23,036 nt of DNA from Methanobacteriota archaeon (GCA_963787255.1 CAWBCJ010000022.1:1-23036), one strand, 5' to 3'. Positions 1-9,823 are shown, numbered from the stretch's first letter. Notes: generated from the sequence alone by a model not told the origin. Numbers and translations: made by a program.

Positions 1-391
1 ATGTTATGTAACCTACTTTTAAATCATTGAGTTACATATACTAAATTTAAAATAATAGCTAATATTAGAACTGGTAATGAGCTTAATATGAGATTAAATG
101 TATTAAAGAATAAAACGGAAATTACACCCACTAAAGCAAGAGATAGTAGTATTTCAAATGTTAAAAATTATCCTGAGGATGAAGTATGTAACTACTGAAA
201 CTAACCCTAACGGCATTATTGTAGAAAGATATACCTATGTTGATAGAAATATCCCCAGTTTTATATTTAATGTAATGTATTTCAAAATCGGTAATGATGT
301 ATATGGAATTGGAGTCGATGGGCCAAATTGCTACTTTTAGCAACAAATCACAGATACTACCAATATAGACTTTTTTGGAACTGATAAGTAG
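1..391 (+). pseudogene. Degraded gene for a probable secreted/PsbP-like methanogen protein, cut by the window edge
   Basis: Frame 1 is open 31-198 (…NIRTGNELNMRLNVLKNKTEITPTKARDSSISNVKNYPEDEV). It shifts to the 158-340 frame (TTETNPNGIIVERYTY…YFKIGNDVYGIGVDG). After an in-frame TAG at 338-340 it continues QQITDTT… to TAG 389-391, followed by a T-tract. Family call is from motif memory only. Confidence 0.45.
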
Positions 392-413
392 ACCTCTTTT
401 TTATTTTGTTAAA

Positions 414-511
414 CTATAGCGACCTTGTGGCTAAAAATTCGTTTCAGTTACTTATGTGTCTATTTTTGCTTAATTTTTTAAAATAAGCTTGTGTGAGTCT
501 TTATAATTATA
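414..511 (+). repeat. Element copy A: left end CTATAGCGACCTTGTGGCTAAAAA plus core motif TTGTGTGAGTCTTTATAATTATA
   Basis: 414-436 matches 5810-5833, 12797-12819 and 18890-18910. 489-511 matches 3004-3026 and 4709-4731; its first 17 bp match 22761-22777. Confidence 0.9.
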
Positions 512-561
512 ATTATAAATCTATCATGGTTATACATATATAATTGTTTTTATTTAAAGCG

Positions 562-643
562 AAAAACAGCACTAATTCTATGCATAATCTACTGCATTTA
601 TCAATAAAATGATCAAAGATTCGAAATGATGAATTATAGATTA
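562..643 (+). repeat. Dispersed non-coding repeat X, copy 1
   Basis: Ungapped manual alignment with 9742-9823 gives 68/82 identities. Confidence 0.85.
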
Positions 644-789
644 TAGGAATTGGTAAAAAGTTAATTTTTTTAATATGATCATTAGCTTGGAAATTATCCG
701 TTTTGTGAATTATTGTTGGACATTAACAGTGCTACTGCTCTAGCAAAAAACATGTAAATATAAGGGGCTATCAATAACGCATGTAAAAA

Positions 790-1473
790 AATCCCTATTC
801 TATTTCCTGCAATATCTATAACTAAATATAATTCCAATTAATATATACCACATAACAAAGTCAAACCATCCTATTTCTCCCAATTTTATTGAATATTTCC
901 CGGAATCTGAAGGCCGCTCTAATATCATTCTTATTATTGGCCATATTTGCTATTGCAATTTGTATTATCGGATAAATAACAAAGAAATATAAAACTACAA
1001 ATTAAGCCCCAATTCTGTTGCCCCTAAACTTACCATAAAGCAGGCTGATTCCTAACCCTAAAAGTACAGTTCCAACAAGTGGGCGGCCAATTCAAGATTT
1101 AATGTAGATGGAAAACTTGATAATGCAAAAAATAAAGAAAAACAATTAAGAAGTTAAAATAAAAAAGCGATTTCAACTATATTTACTTTAATGCCATTTA
1201 TGAAAATATCACTCAGATACCTTAAATTACTGAGAGATTTCGATACCTGATAGTGATAAATATATTATTTTAAAACTGTATCCATCTACTAAGAATCTAA
1301 TTATAAAATGCAAAAGAATTAAAAGCCATATTAATATAATATCCATAGGATCAAATAAATTAACAATAAAATATATTTGAGTAACTAACGTAATAACCCC
1401 TAAAATTAAAATTTTCTTCCAGTATAAACAGAGGATATCTTATAGAATCTTTCACTATTTCACTGATATTCAC
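790..1473 (-). pseudogene. DUF4013 family membrane protein pseudogene
   Basis: GTG at 1473 with AGGAG RBS (1481-1485). Fragments MNISEIVKDSIRYP, WKKILILG, GYSFKII, IFINGIKV, AIANMANNKNDIRAAFRFREIFNKIG and EIGWFDFVMWYI are split by several frameshifts and stops. Same family as intact 15762-16523. The 3' end is approximate. Confidence 0.8.
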
Positions 1474-1581
1474 ACTTTAACTCCTTAATTCAAATATTTA
1501 ATTTGAGATAACTTCTCACTAAAGCCAATATGTTTACGATTCAGTAAAAACTATTATTTATATTAGTGTAATTTTATTATA

Positions 1582-1935
1582 TTAATTATTAGAAGCTTCT
1601 TTTAATACAAGATCAATTAAACCTCCAAATGCTCCTAATAACCCAAACACAATCAACATAAGACTTTAAACAGAATTATATAGTACTGGAATAATGATTG
1701 TATGGAAACCTTTGCTATTAATCTAACTGTATAAAAATACTATAGTTGCAATAGAAACATAAACTACTAATTATACCATTAATTATCCCTATTTTCATTT
1801 CTTGCAATAAAGCCAGAAACTAAACCAGCAGCAATAATTACGATATACTCTATTGGCGAAGGAGCATGAATAAAAGTTATAAGTAATCCAGCGGTTGAAC
1901 CAATTAATAAAGGATTTAATCAATTTAATTATTTT
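1582..1935 (-). pseudogene. DUF5518-like small membrane protein pseudogene
   Basis: Fragments NPLLIGSTAGLLI, KIGIINGIISS and LMLIVFGLLGAFGGLIDLVLKEASNN* (TAA 1582-1584) resemble the C-terminus of 22302-22679 (LGLLGGAIGVIVKE). Frame-broken; 5' end approximate. Confidence 0.6.
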
Positions 1936-2222
1936 AATTTCTAATTTAGCAGTCGTAAATTGATTTTCTTGATACGTAGTTGATCTATAAAAAAATAATA
2001 TAAAATTAAATCGTGCTTCTGCAGTTACTTTATCCAACTTTTTTTCATCTCTCTAAGCATTAATTCTAATTCATTAATTTTTGCATTATTTAAGGTATCT
2101 ACCCCTTACTGAACAGCATGAAGTGTAAGGTATTTGGAATTAGCTAATTTACTACTTTTAATAGGGAGTCATCTAGTCATTTTTAAAATGCACGTTAAAA
2201 TATTCTTTAGATTCATTTTTTA

Positions 2223-2775
2223 ATGAATATCGTCACTATCTTCTAATATATTCGCATCATCATCCCCTGTTTAGAAGATAAAAACGGATTACATAAAAAG
2301 CTAGTCATAGATGAAACAAATTTTGGCATTTTTAGAGATGAAGAACTCGAAGATTTTTATGAGCTAAGTAAAAGAACAGTTTATGTTTTTATGGATGGAA
2401 GAGCAATTAAGCCATTTGGAGAGTGGGCTAATAATGCCACGAATTGATTGGTGGAAGGTATATAGAAACTTAAAGCATGATAAAGTTGGGAATAAAGAAT
2501 CTGCGACTTTAAAAATAGTTTTGAATGCACTTGCAGCTTTATTTTTGTTAAATGTGCATCATTATGAAAGTCGTTCCTATTTGCGCTTGGGGTATAACTG
2601 GCGCTCCACTTGATTTGAATAATATTGCTCCACCTTTAACTGATTTAATTGAGATTCTGAATGCTAAACCTTTCAATGCTTCCTGACACCTATTGCTAAA
2701 CTAAGCTTTTTGTCGTATATTGTCCTGATGATGAACATTATTGGAATAGGGGTATTGATAATCCTGGAGAGTGAT
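2223..2775 (+). pseudogene. Frameshifted conserved hypothetical protein (PFxxW…WWxxYxxLKHD…ATLxxVLxALAALFLLN type)
   Basis: LEDFYELSKRTVYVFMDGRAIKPFGEWANN in one frame joins IDWWKVYRNLKHDKVGNKESATLKIVLNALAALFLLNVHH in the 2383-2613 frame. Boundaries approximate. Confidence 0.6.
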
Positions 2776-2982
2776 ACGATCCGGGTAACATATATGGAAA
2801 TATTAAATAAATTGCTTATTTTTAGCTAATCTGGGATAATTACTAGCAATCAACGAATTTTAAGTCAATAGAGTGCATTTACGAGTTAAAGAAGTTGAAT
2901 TTGGATAAAATAACTGTTTAATTAATTTGATGCTTGTTAAAATAAAAATTTTAATTTTATTTGAAATTTTATTGCTTATTTT

Positions 2983-3281
2983 TGCTTTATTTTTAAAATC
3001 AGTTTGTGTGAGTCTTTATAATTATAGCTTCAAAAATGATACTATATAGTTTTGCATACTGAAAACTGTTTAGAAAATTCGAGAATTCCTAAAATAGGCT
3101 TTAGTATCTTGTATTTTACGTTATTAATAGTTTTAATGTCCGTTTATTTAATTGTCACTATATAAAATAATATTATATTTTATATTGTGTTAAAATTTTC
3201 TCTTTTTAGAACTGTTGTATTTCGCTAAAATTGTATTTTGGTGCTTGTTTTCGTGATTTTGATTTTTTTAGCAAGTTTAAA
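2983..3281 (+). repeat. Element copy B: ~300-bp subterminal region, right end lost
   Basis: Colinear with 4686-4985 and 22739-23036: TGCTTTATTTTTAAA, TTGTGTGAGTCTTTATA, AAAACTGTTT, ATATAAAATA-N6-TATTTTATAT (3160-3185), AAAATTTTCTCTT, TGATTTTGATTTT, AGCAAGTTTAAA. Confidence 0.92.
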
Positions 3282-3681
3282 TAAAGAATATTATAAAAGA
3301 GTTAGTATTCTCCTATTTTTTCTATTTTTTATTTTAGAGTTTTTGGTAGATTGCCTTTTGGGATATACCAAATGGGGCAGAAACATAAACTTCAATAAAA
3401 CCCTATAAAAGATTAACAGAATCTATGGAGTTCTCAAGAGGGAGGGTATGTTGGGCAGATGTGGAGTCGGCTACTTGAGAAGACGGTACTGGACTGAGTT
3501 CTGTATATTTTAAGGTTTTAGGTTACTTATGAGATTATATTTAATTTATCAGTTACTTTTATTATATAATCAGATGATTTAGGGACTAAAAAGAAAACTA
3601 TTTTATACTTAAACTGATTCAAGTGTAAGAAATTATTAAAAAAAAACATAAAATTATAAACATAAACCTATAGGAGATTTT

Positions 3682-4312
3682 ATGAACGCATATTTATATG
3701 TACTAAACACATTGGCAGATTGGGAAATTGGTTATATCACTGCTGAATTGAATAGCGGTAGATATTTAGACAAAACAAAACCGCCTATACAGTTAACTTA
3801 AAATTGGAAACACCATCGAGCCCATAAAAACAATGGGAGGAATTACTATTACTCCAGATGAGAGTATTGATGATATCATCTTTAAGGAAGGTGATTTACT
3901 AATTTTACCTGGAGCAGATACATGGATGGAAAGAGGCAATAATAAAATATTGGATATCGTTTCTGGCATTATAGACAAGAAGGTGATTATTGCAGCAATT
4001 TGCGGAGCACCACGGTCGCTCTGGCAAATAACGGACTATTAGACGATAGAAATCACACCAGCAACGACATGGAATTTTTAAAAATGTTTTGTCCAGAATA
4101 TATTGGAGAGGATTTTTATTTAAATCAATCCGCTGTTACCGATGGTAATTTGATAACAGCTAGGGGTCTTGCCCGCTTGAGAATTCGCATATGAAGTATT
4201 CAAAAGAATTGATGTAATGAAACCGGAAACATTGGAAGCGTGGTATCAATTATATATAACTAATGAATCGAAGTATTTCTATGCCCTAATGGAATCCCTT
4301 AAAGAAGCATAG
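3682..4312 (+). pseudogene. DJ-1/PfpI (class I glutamine amidotransferase-like, YdeA-type) protein with three frameshifts
   Basis: AGGAG RBS, ATG 3682. Segments MNAYLYVLNTLADWEIGYITAELNSG / KTMGGITITPD…LILPGADTW…IAAICGA / ALANNGLLDDRNHTSN…AVTDGNLITA / EFAYEVFKRIDVMKPETLEAWYQLY…KEA* are joined by frameshifts near 3797, 4010 and 4180. Confidence 0.9.
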
Positions 4313-4642
4313 AGGAATTTTTTAAATTTTAATCTGATTGAAATTCTTCGGTATAACTTGCTTCAGCGTTCCTGCAGAACAAACAGGTATAGCTGCTATT
4401 AAATTAACTACCTTAATAGTATTTTTTAGTGAAAAATTACATCATTTTGATATGTGTTACATGGGTTTTAGGCAATGCACATATATAGTATCTGTTGTAT
4501 CATGATTAATTCTAGTTTAAATTATAAGGTTCTTTTTAAAGGATATACAATATAATAAATGTAATTAACCTATTTAATAATGTTGAGGAATATATTTGAT
4601 GTTTATTTTTTTTAATTTGTTTAATGTATTTAAAATTAATTC

Positions 4643-5023
4643 AGTCAATTAATATATATTAAAAATTAATCTTAATTCCTAATAGTGCTTTATTTTTAAA
4701 ATTAGAGCTTGTGTGAGTCTTTATAATTATAGTTTCAGAAATGTTACTATTATAGTTTTTGTATACTTAAAACTGTTTTAGAAAATTAAGAATTTAAAAA
4801 TAGGTTTTATTGGGCTTTGGTTTTGTGTAATAACTGTTCTAATTTGCTTTTATAAGTATCCCTATATAAAATAATATTATATTTTATATTCGAGTTAAAA
4901 TTTTCTCTTTGTAACATATGTTAAATTAGCTAAAACTTTTATTAAGAGCTTATTTTCCTGATCGTGATTTTCTTTTAAGTTTAAAATAATAGCTTATTTA
5001 ATTCTTATAGTGGGTATGGCGAA
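4643..5023 (+). repeat. Element copy C: subterminal region ending in degenerate junction AATTCTTATA-gtggg-TATGGCGAA
   Basis: AGTCAATTAATATATATTAAAAATTA (4643) matches ~5874. 4686-4985 aligns with copies B and L. Palindrome at 4864-4889; junction at 5000-5023. Confidence 0.9.
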
Positions 5024-5165
5024 TAATGTTTCAGGAATATATGAAAAACTATTCTTTTTTTTTATTTAAAATTTTATTTGGAATTAATTTAATCAAAGAA
5101 TATCTCGAAAATTATTATTATAGTTTCAACAAAAATAATATTATAATTATATGGATGTGAAAATC

Positions 5166-5444
5166 GTGAAATATATTGTTTTCGGGGAAATGGACTAATA
5201 AGGAAGAAAGACAATTCCAGATATAGAAAAAAGAGTTGAAACTGCACGAAATTTAACAGATGGAAAAATGGGCGTATGCCTTCACTATGGGCGAATACGA
5301 TTTTGTAGCGATAATTGATGTGCCCAACGAAGAGAATATGGTAGAAATTCTCATGAAACTTAACGCTATGGACAATTTTGCAGAACTAAAACACTAAAAG
5401 CTTGGACTGATTCTGAATTCGTGAAAATAGTTTCTGAACTTTAA
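5166..5444 (+). pseudogene. GYD domain protein, frameshifted
   Basis: GTG 5166. Segments MKYIVFG / KWTN..GRKTIPDIEKRVETARNL / FTMGEYDFVAIIDVPNEE / RTKTLKAWTDSEFVKIVSEL* carry the G-x-YD signature. Confidence 0.8.
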
Positions 5445-5512
5445 TTAACGAACTTAGCAAAGGAAAAATGATATCAAACTGCAGTCCTAAGGGTCATTAT
5501 GGAGATGGTATA

Positions 5513-5782
5513 ATGGAAGATATAAAATATGACAGAGCTAAAAAGAGGGTTGAAGAATTTAAGGGATTTTACAGGCATTTAATAACTTATATTATAGTTA
5601 TCACATTTTTTGCCGTTATAAATCTACTAACAAACCCTGGTTTCCCATGGTTCCTCATTATAGCTTTCTTCTGGGGAATAGGACTCATTGCAAATGCAAT
5701 TTCAGTTTTCAGGAAACGTGGAATCTTTTCTAAAGAATGGGAAGACAAAAAAATCAAAGAATATATGAAAGAAGAAGAATAA
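5513..5782 (+). CDS. 2TM domain-containing membrane protein
   Basis: YDRAKKRVEEFKGFYRHLITYIIV…PWFLIIAFFWGIGL…EWEDKKIKEYM is typical of the 2TM family. ATG 5513 follows GGAGATGGT and is preferred over 5468. Confidence 0.85.
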   Translation: MEDIKYDRAKKRVEEFKGFYRHLITYIIVITFFAVINLLTNPGFPWFLIIAFFWGIGLIANAISVFRKRGIFSKEWEDKKIKEYMKEEE

Positions 5783-5809
5783 AACATTTTTCTTTTATTT
5801 TTTCATGAG

Positions 5810-5999
5810 CTATAGCGACCATGTGGCTAAAAAGAGCGAGTTTAACTACGAAAAAATTATTTAAATTTTGTTTAGTCAATTAATGTATATTAAAAATTAG
5901 TTTTAGTTTTTAAAAATGCTCCATTTCGCCTTATCATGGTGTTTTTGGTGTGATTTTTTTCAGTTAGATTATTAAATAATTTTTTTTAAGTCGTTATAG
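5810..5999 (+). mobile_element. Element copy D: 190-bp cargo-less mini-element with inverted ends CTATAGCGAC…GTCGTTATAG
   Basis: Ends match at 9/10 positions as an inverted repeat. The interior contains pieces of the subterminal region. A new left end TGTAGCGAT (6005-6013) follows across the 6-bp spacer gtgcta (5999-6004). Confidence 0.75.
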
Positions 6000-6127
6000 T
6001 GCTATGTAGCGATCCTAGATGTAAGAGATAGTCGAATTAGCCAAATATTTCTTATGCTGGATATGGTGAAATATAATAAAAATGAATATAAATAAATAAA
6101 AATTGAAAAATGAAGGATATTTAAAAA

Positions 6128-6376
6128 ATGAAAAGGATTACTAAAGAACCTTGGTTCGGTAAAAGGCGTATTGGATGGGGATTCAATCCAATAACTTGGC
6201 AAGGATGGGTACTTACACTAATTTTGATATTAATCCTTCTTCTTGATTCTATGTACTTCTACAAAACCATTCTTTTTGGAATTATTCTTATTGTAGCAAT
6301 AATATGCTATATCGTTGTGGCTTTAATAACTAGTGAATTCCTTAGCTACCCTCAAAATGAAGAAGAAATAATTTAA
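6128..6376 (+). CDS. Small conserved membrane protein (PWFGKRRIGWGFNPITWQGW motif, 2 TM)
   Basis: 82-aa ORF with an aromatic/Gly N-terminal motif and two hydrophobic helices. Confidence 0.8.
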   Translation: MKRITKEPWFGKRRIGWGFNPITWQGWVLTLILILILLLDSMYFYKTILFGIILIVAIICYIVVALITSEFLSYPQNEEEII

Positions 6377-6402
6377 AGGGTTTAATTAAGTATGGCTTAA
6401 GC

Positions 6403-6793
6403 TCTTTATAATTATAAATTTTATTGGGTTCTGCCATATATTCAATATTTATACTCTAAAAGACTCCAATTCTCCCAAATTTTAAAATACATATCCTAAC
6501 ATTAGCTACTTATTTTAAACTACTGTCCCATTTAATGCCTTAAAAAAACTAAAAACTTAAAAATAAGACTATTAAATCCATATTTTTGAATACAAACTGT
6601 TTAGGGTCAGTTTATTTAAGTTGTGATATAAAATAAGTATTATATTTTATATTAAATTGAAAATTTCTCTTTGTAACATATGTTATATTTAGTTAAAGCT
6701 TTTTTAAAGTGCTTATTTTCTTGATTTAGATTTTCTTAACATGTTAAAAATATGGCTGTTTTATGTCGTTATAGATGGGTAACGAAATATTTT
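6403..6793 (+). repeat. Element copy E: variant subterminal region (includes repeat Y, 6425-6494) and right end ATGTCGTTATAG
   Basis: 6626-6774 aligns with copies B and C. Right end at 6763-6774 is followed by GGTAACGAAATATTT. 6425-6494 resembles 10583-10654. Confidence 0.85.
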
Positions 6794-6904
6794 TTAAATT
6801 AAAGAAATATGAAACTATTTTTTAAAATTTGTAAAAATTAAATCATCATGTATTTTTGCATTAAAATTAAAATATATATATTGAATTAAAATGGATGATT
6901 AAAA

Positions 6905-7111
6905 ATGAGTGAAAAGCAAGTTCCCACTGGTAGGGTTTACCTTTCTATTGCCATAGCTTTGCTTTGGCTTTTGTTTCTAGCTTTATGGCTGTTCTTTTAC
7001 GCAACAAACTACGGTATAATCCAAAATATAGGACTATTCCTGGCATCAATAGTAGTAGTCGCAATTTTAGAGGTCATCATATGGGTGCCTTGGGGTATGA
7101 AACAAAATTAA
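6905..7111 (+). CDS. Small 2-TM hypothetical membrane protein
   Basis: 68-aa ORF, GGATGA RBS-like sequence upstream, two hydrophobic segments, ends WVPWGMK. Confidence 0.8.
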   Translation: MSEKQVPTGRVYLSIAIALLWLLFLALWLFFYATNYGIIQNIGLFLASIVVVAILEVIIWVPWGMKQN

Positions 7112-7151
7112 ATATATTCAGGAAGTGTTGTTATTGGAACGGAATATAGGA

Positions 7152-7553
7152 ATGGAACGAAATGGAGAATATGTAGGCGCTATAATTGTTAATTTTATTT
7201 TATTGTATATTTTTAACAATTTACTAAACTGGCATGTTTATTTTGTCACCAGCGCGTTTAATGAAGTTTTATGGATTATAAATCTTTCAATAGCAGTGGC
7301 TATTATTGGAAACTTCTTAATGTTAATATATCGGCCGGAATGGTTTCGACATATTACGAAAATAGTTTTAAATATCGTTGCTTTTGCGGCCGTATATTTG
7401 GTCTATACTGTATTTCCCTTTAATTTCAGTAATTCTTTTCTAAACTGGGGACTGAGCGTCTTACTGATACTGGCTTTGATAGGCATAATAATAGCTACAA
7501 TAGTAGAAATTTACCTCATGATAACAGGAAAACAAAAATTAAGAGAAAATTAA
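7152..7553 (+). CDS. Hypothetical 4-TM membrane protein
   Basis: ORF track 7125-7553; ATG 7152 (MERNGEY…) is the more likely start. Four hydrophobic helices. Confidence 0.8.
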   Translation: MERNGEYVGAIIVNFILLYIFNNLLNWHVYFVTSAFNEVLWIINLSIAVAIIGNFLMLIYRPEWFRHITKIVLNIVAFAAVYLVYTVFPFNFSNSFLNWGLSVLLILALIGIIIATIVEIYLMITGKQKLREN

Positions 7554-7557
7554 AAAA

Positions 7558-7752
7558 CTAATAAGAATATATAAGGGTTCTACTTTTATTTTTTACAATA
7601 TCTTTTAAAGTCAGAATGATATTTTCATTTTTTTTCATCGTTTGTGGCATCATTTTAAATCCTTTTTGAGCACATTGACTCTTTGCTTGTACGGGACATT
7701 CATTACAAACACATTTTTGTAGGTTTTCCATATTAAATTCAGGTTTAGCCAT
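7558..7752 (-). pseudogene. DUF2769-like Cys-rich protein, C-terminally truncated
   Basis: MAKPEFNMENLQKCVCNECPVQAKSQCA matches the N-terminal CxCxxCP half; the second Cys cluster is missing. GGTGA RBS upstream. Confidence 0.6.
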
Positions 7753-8047
7753 TATCAATCACCATTTATTACTATATATTAAATAATTAATAAGTATTGG
7801 TATAAGTATGAATAATTTAGAATATAAAAACTTAATTTAAAAATAATCAAACAGAACCCTTCAAACGCTCCAACTCCAACTGCATCTCAGAAACCACATC
7901 ACACAACTGACTATTCTAATCTTTCAATTCCAGATAATTCATCTTTAATTCTTTATAGTCAGAGAGGTAAATGGATTCTATTATGGATAAAATAGATAAA
8001 ATTAATGAAGTTTTCTTTAACTTTAATCCTGTCACTTATTAGAAAAA

Positions 8048-8183
8048 TTAGAAAAGTATGATGCTATGTTCTCCACATTTGGGGCATTTCCATTCTGGAT
8101 TTTTACCTTTTAGTTCAATTAATGTTCCGGATCCGTGAGAATCCGCAGGTGTTGCATCGGTTGTTTATTGTTTTATTTTCCAT
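8048..8183 (-). pseudogene. Zinc-ribbon microprotein with one frameshift
   Basis: MENKTINNRCNTCGFS joins HGSGTLIELKGKNPEWKCPKCGEHSIILF* in another frame (CxxC…CPxCG). Confidence 0.6.
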
Positions 8184-8813
8184 GTTTAATATTTGGTTTT
8201 TGAGTTATATTAAATAAGGAGAATACTATTTTTTTGGGAATTAGAAATTATTCGAATTGGAATAAGAGGGATAAGGGATAAGTTAATAGAAAATATCGAA
8301 GCAAAGCTCCAAAAGACGGAATAGAGAGAAAAATGTTAATGGGTAATAATGATATGTTTGAAAGTGCAATAGATACTATAGTAGAATATAATTGTATCTG
8401 AGAGAGTAATAAATATTGATAAAATGGAATATAATAGCTACTTTAAAGGATGTTAGTTTTTGCTGAATTGAATATAAGGTTACCTAAGGACTTGAAGGGG
8501 ACGTTGTTAAGTATCATCTCCTGGTTGTTGGTGAGCGTGGATTAAGGGAGCAGATTATATTAGGAGGTTTACAATGAATATTATGGAAGAATTAGAAATA
8601 TATCATTTGGATATACAAACAGAATTAAAAATATTTTATGGTTTTATGTACTATGAACATTGGATTAATAATTCATAAAATTAGTATAAGCTGAAGGATA
8701 TCAAGCCGAATATTGGGCAACTAACATCAGAAAGCCCGAACCATCGAGTTACATCTTTTAAAATATGTTAAAACATAATTGTTATTTAGCCATTAATTTT
8801 AAGATGTTTTATA

Positions 8814-9113
8814 TTATTCATTTAAACTTTGATTGGATGAACCAATCTCTTCTAAAATATCATCATAATATTTTTCAAATGCATTCTTCTGTTTAATGAT
8901 ATAATCTTCATTTTCTAATTCATTATCAGTAGGATTTAACTCTAAAATGACCAATATATTTTTACTTCCTTTTGTTTTTATATCAACGTAGGCATTTTCA
9001 TTATACTCTGATAACTTATCGTTGATTATACCTTTCCATTCTTTAGGGGATTCTTCATCTACAAAACACATCTTAATGGGCTTTTCTCCCATCATTCCAG
9101 TATATTCTAACAT
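8814..9113 (-). CDS. Acidic hypothetical protein
   Basis: 99-aa ORF with ATG start, GTGGT upstream and protein-like composition. Confidence 0.75.
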   Translation of the reverse strand: MLEYTGMMGEKPIKMCFVDEESPKEWKGIINDKLSEYNENAYVDIKTKGSKNILVILELNPTDNELENEDYIIKQKNAFEKYYDDILEEIGSSNQSLNE

Positions 9114-9152
9114 ATTACCACAGTTAATATTTGATTTTTATATTTAATCAGT

Positions 9153-9549
9153 TTATTCTCTATAATGTTCAATATGGTCAAATAAGCTGAATATAATTAC
9201 GATAAACATTCCTATTATGGACCAGTGGTAATCATGGAGCTCTTTGGCGTCAGATTTTTCCAATTCTTTCCCTATATCCTCAAGCGCCCCTATATAATGG
9301 TCCAACCTCATTTCCATTCCACCTACTTCAGATTCATAAGGCAAAAGGTCCAGAGTTCCTGGCCTTTATCAGTAAGAAATCAGATATATTCTGTAGAGAT
9401 TTTCCAATTTCCTTTAAATCTCCTTTTTTGATAATATTGGGATCTACCATGCCTTTAATGAATGAAGTACTTGAAGATGCTTCAAAATGGTTTATCATAT
9501 CTATAAAGGATTCTTCAATTTTATTTAGATCTGGTTTATCTGAATTCAT
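9153..9549 (-). pseudogene. Hypothetical protein split into two overlapping ORFs (probable frameshift near 9345)
   Basis: ORFs 9334-9549 and 9153-9344 overlap by 11 nt next to a short T-run. They could alternatively be two coupled genes. Confidence 0.55.
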
Positions 9550-9741
9550 GAATATACTATTGTAAAAAATACTATTTATTTATGTTCCTAATTATTGTAA
9601 CGTGTAATCTCATCATTGCTAACTGTTTTCTTCTCAATAAAACAAAAAAAATATAATTAACAGAACTATTTAAATCCCTTTGCATATAAGAAACAATTAT
9701 GCTTCGACAGTAACTTTATCCAACTTCTTCCATTTTAGCCC

Positions 9742-9823
9742 AAAAACAGCACTAAAACTACTAAAAATAAACTGCATTTAAAAATAAAATGATCAATGTT
9801 TTGAAATGATGAATTACAGATTA
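9742..9823 (+). repeat. Dispersed non-coding repeat X, copy 2
   Basis: 68/82 identity with 562-643. Confidence 0.85.

Noticed and set aside
1795-2037. 80-aa minus-strand ORF as a real gene
   Set aside because: It is a chimera of the KLDKVTAEA remnant and mostly off-frame DUF5518-like pseudogene sequence.
3350-3545. GC-richer stretch considered as an ncRNA or gene
   Set aside because: No tRNA fold or convincing hairpin; the best frame has stops. Probably an unidentifiable gene relic.
3682-4312. Programmed frameshifting in the DJ-1/PfpI gene
   Set aside because: Three separate lesions with no obvious slippery heptamers; decay or assembly error is simpler.
8270-8750. Purine-rich plus-strand region with AGGAGG-ATG at 8574
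   Set aside because: Only short, broken frames with no recognisable family.
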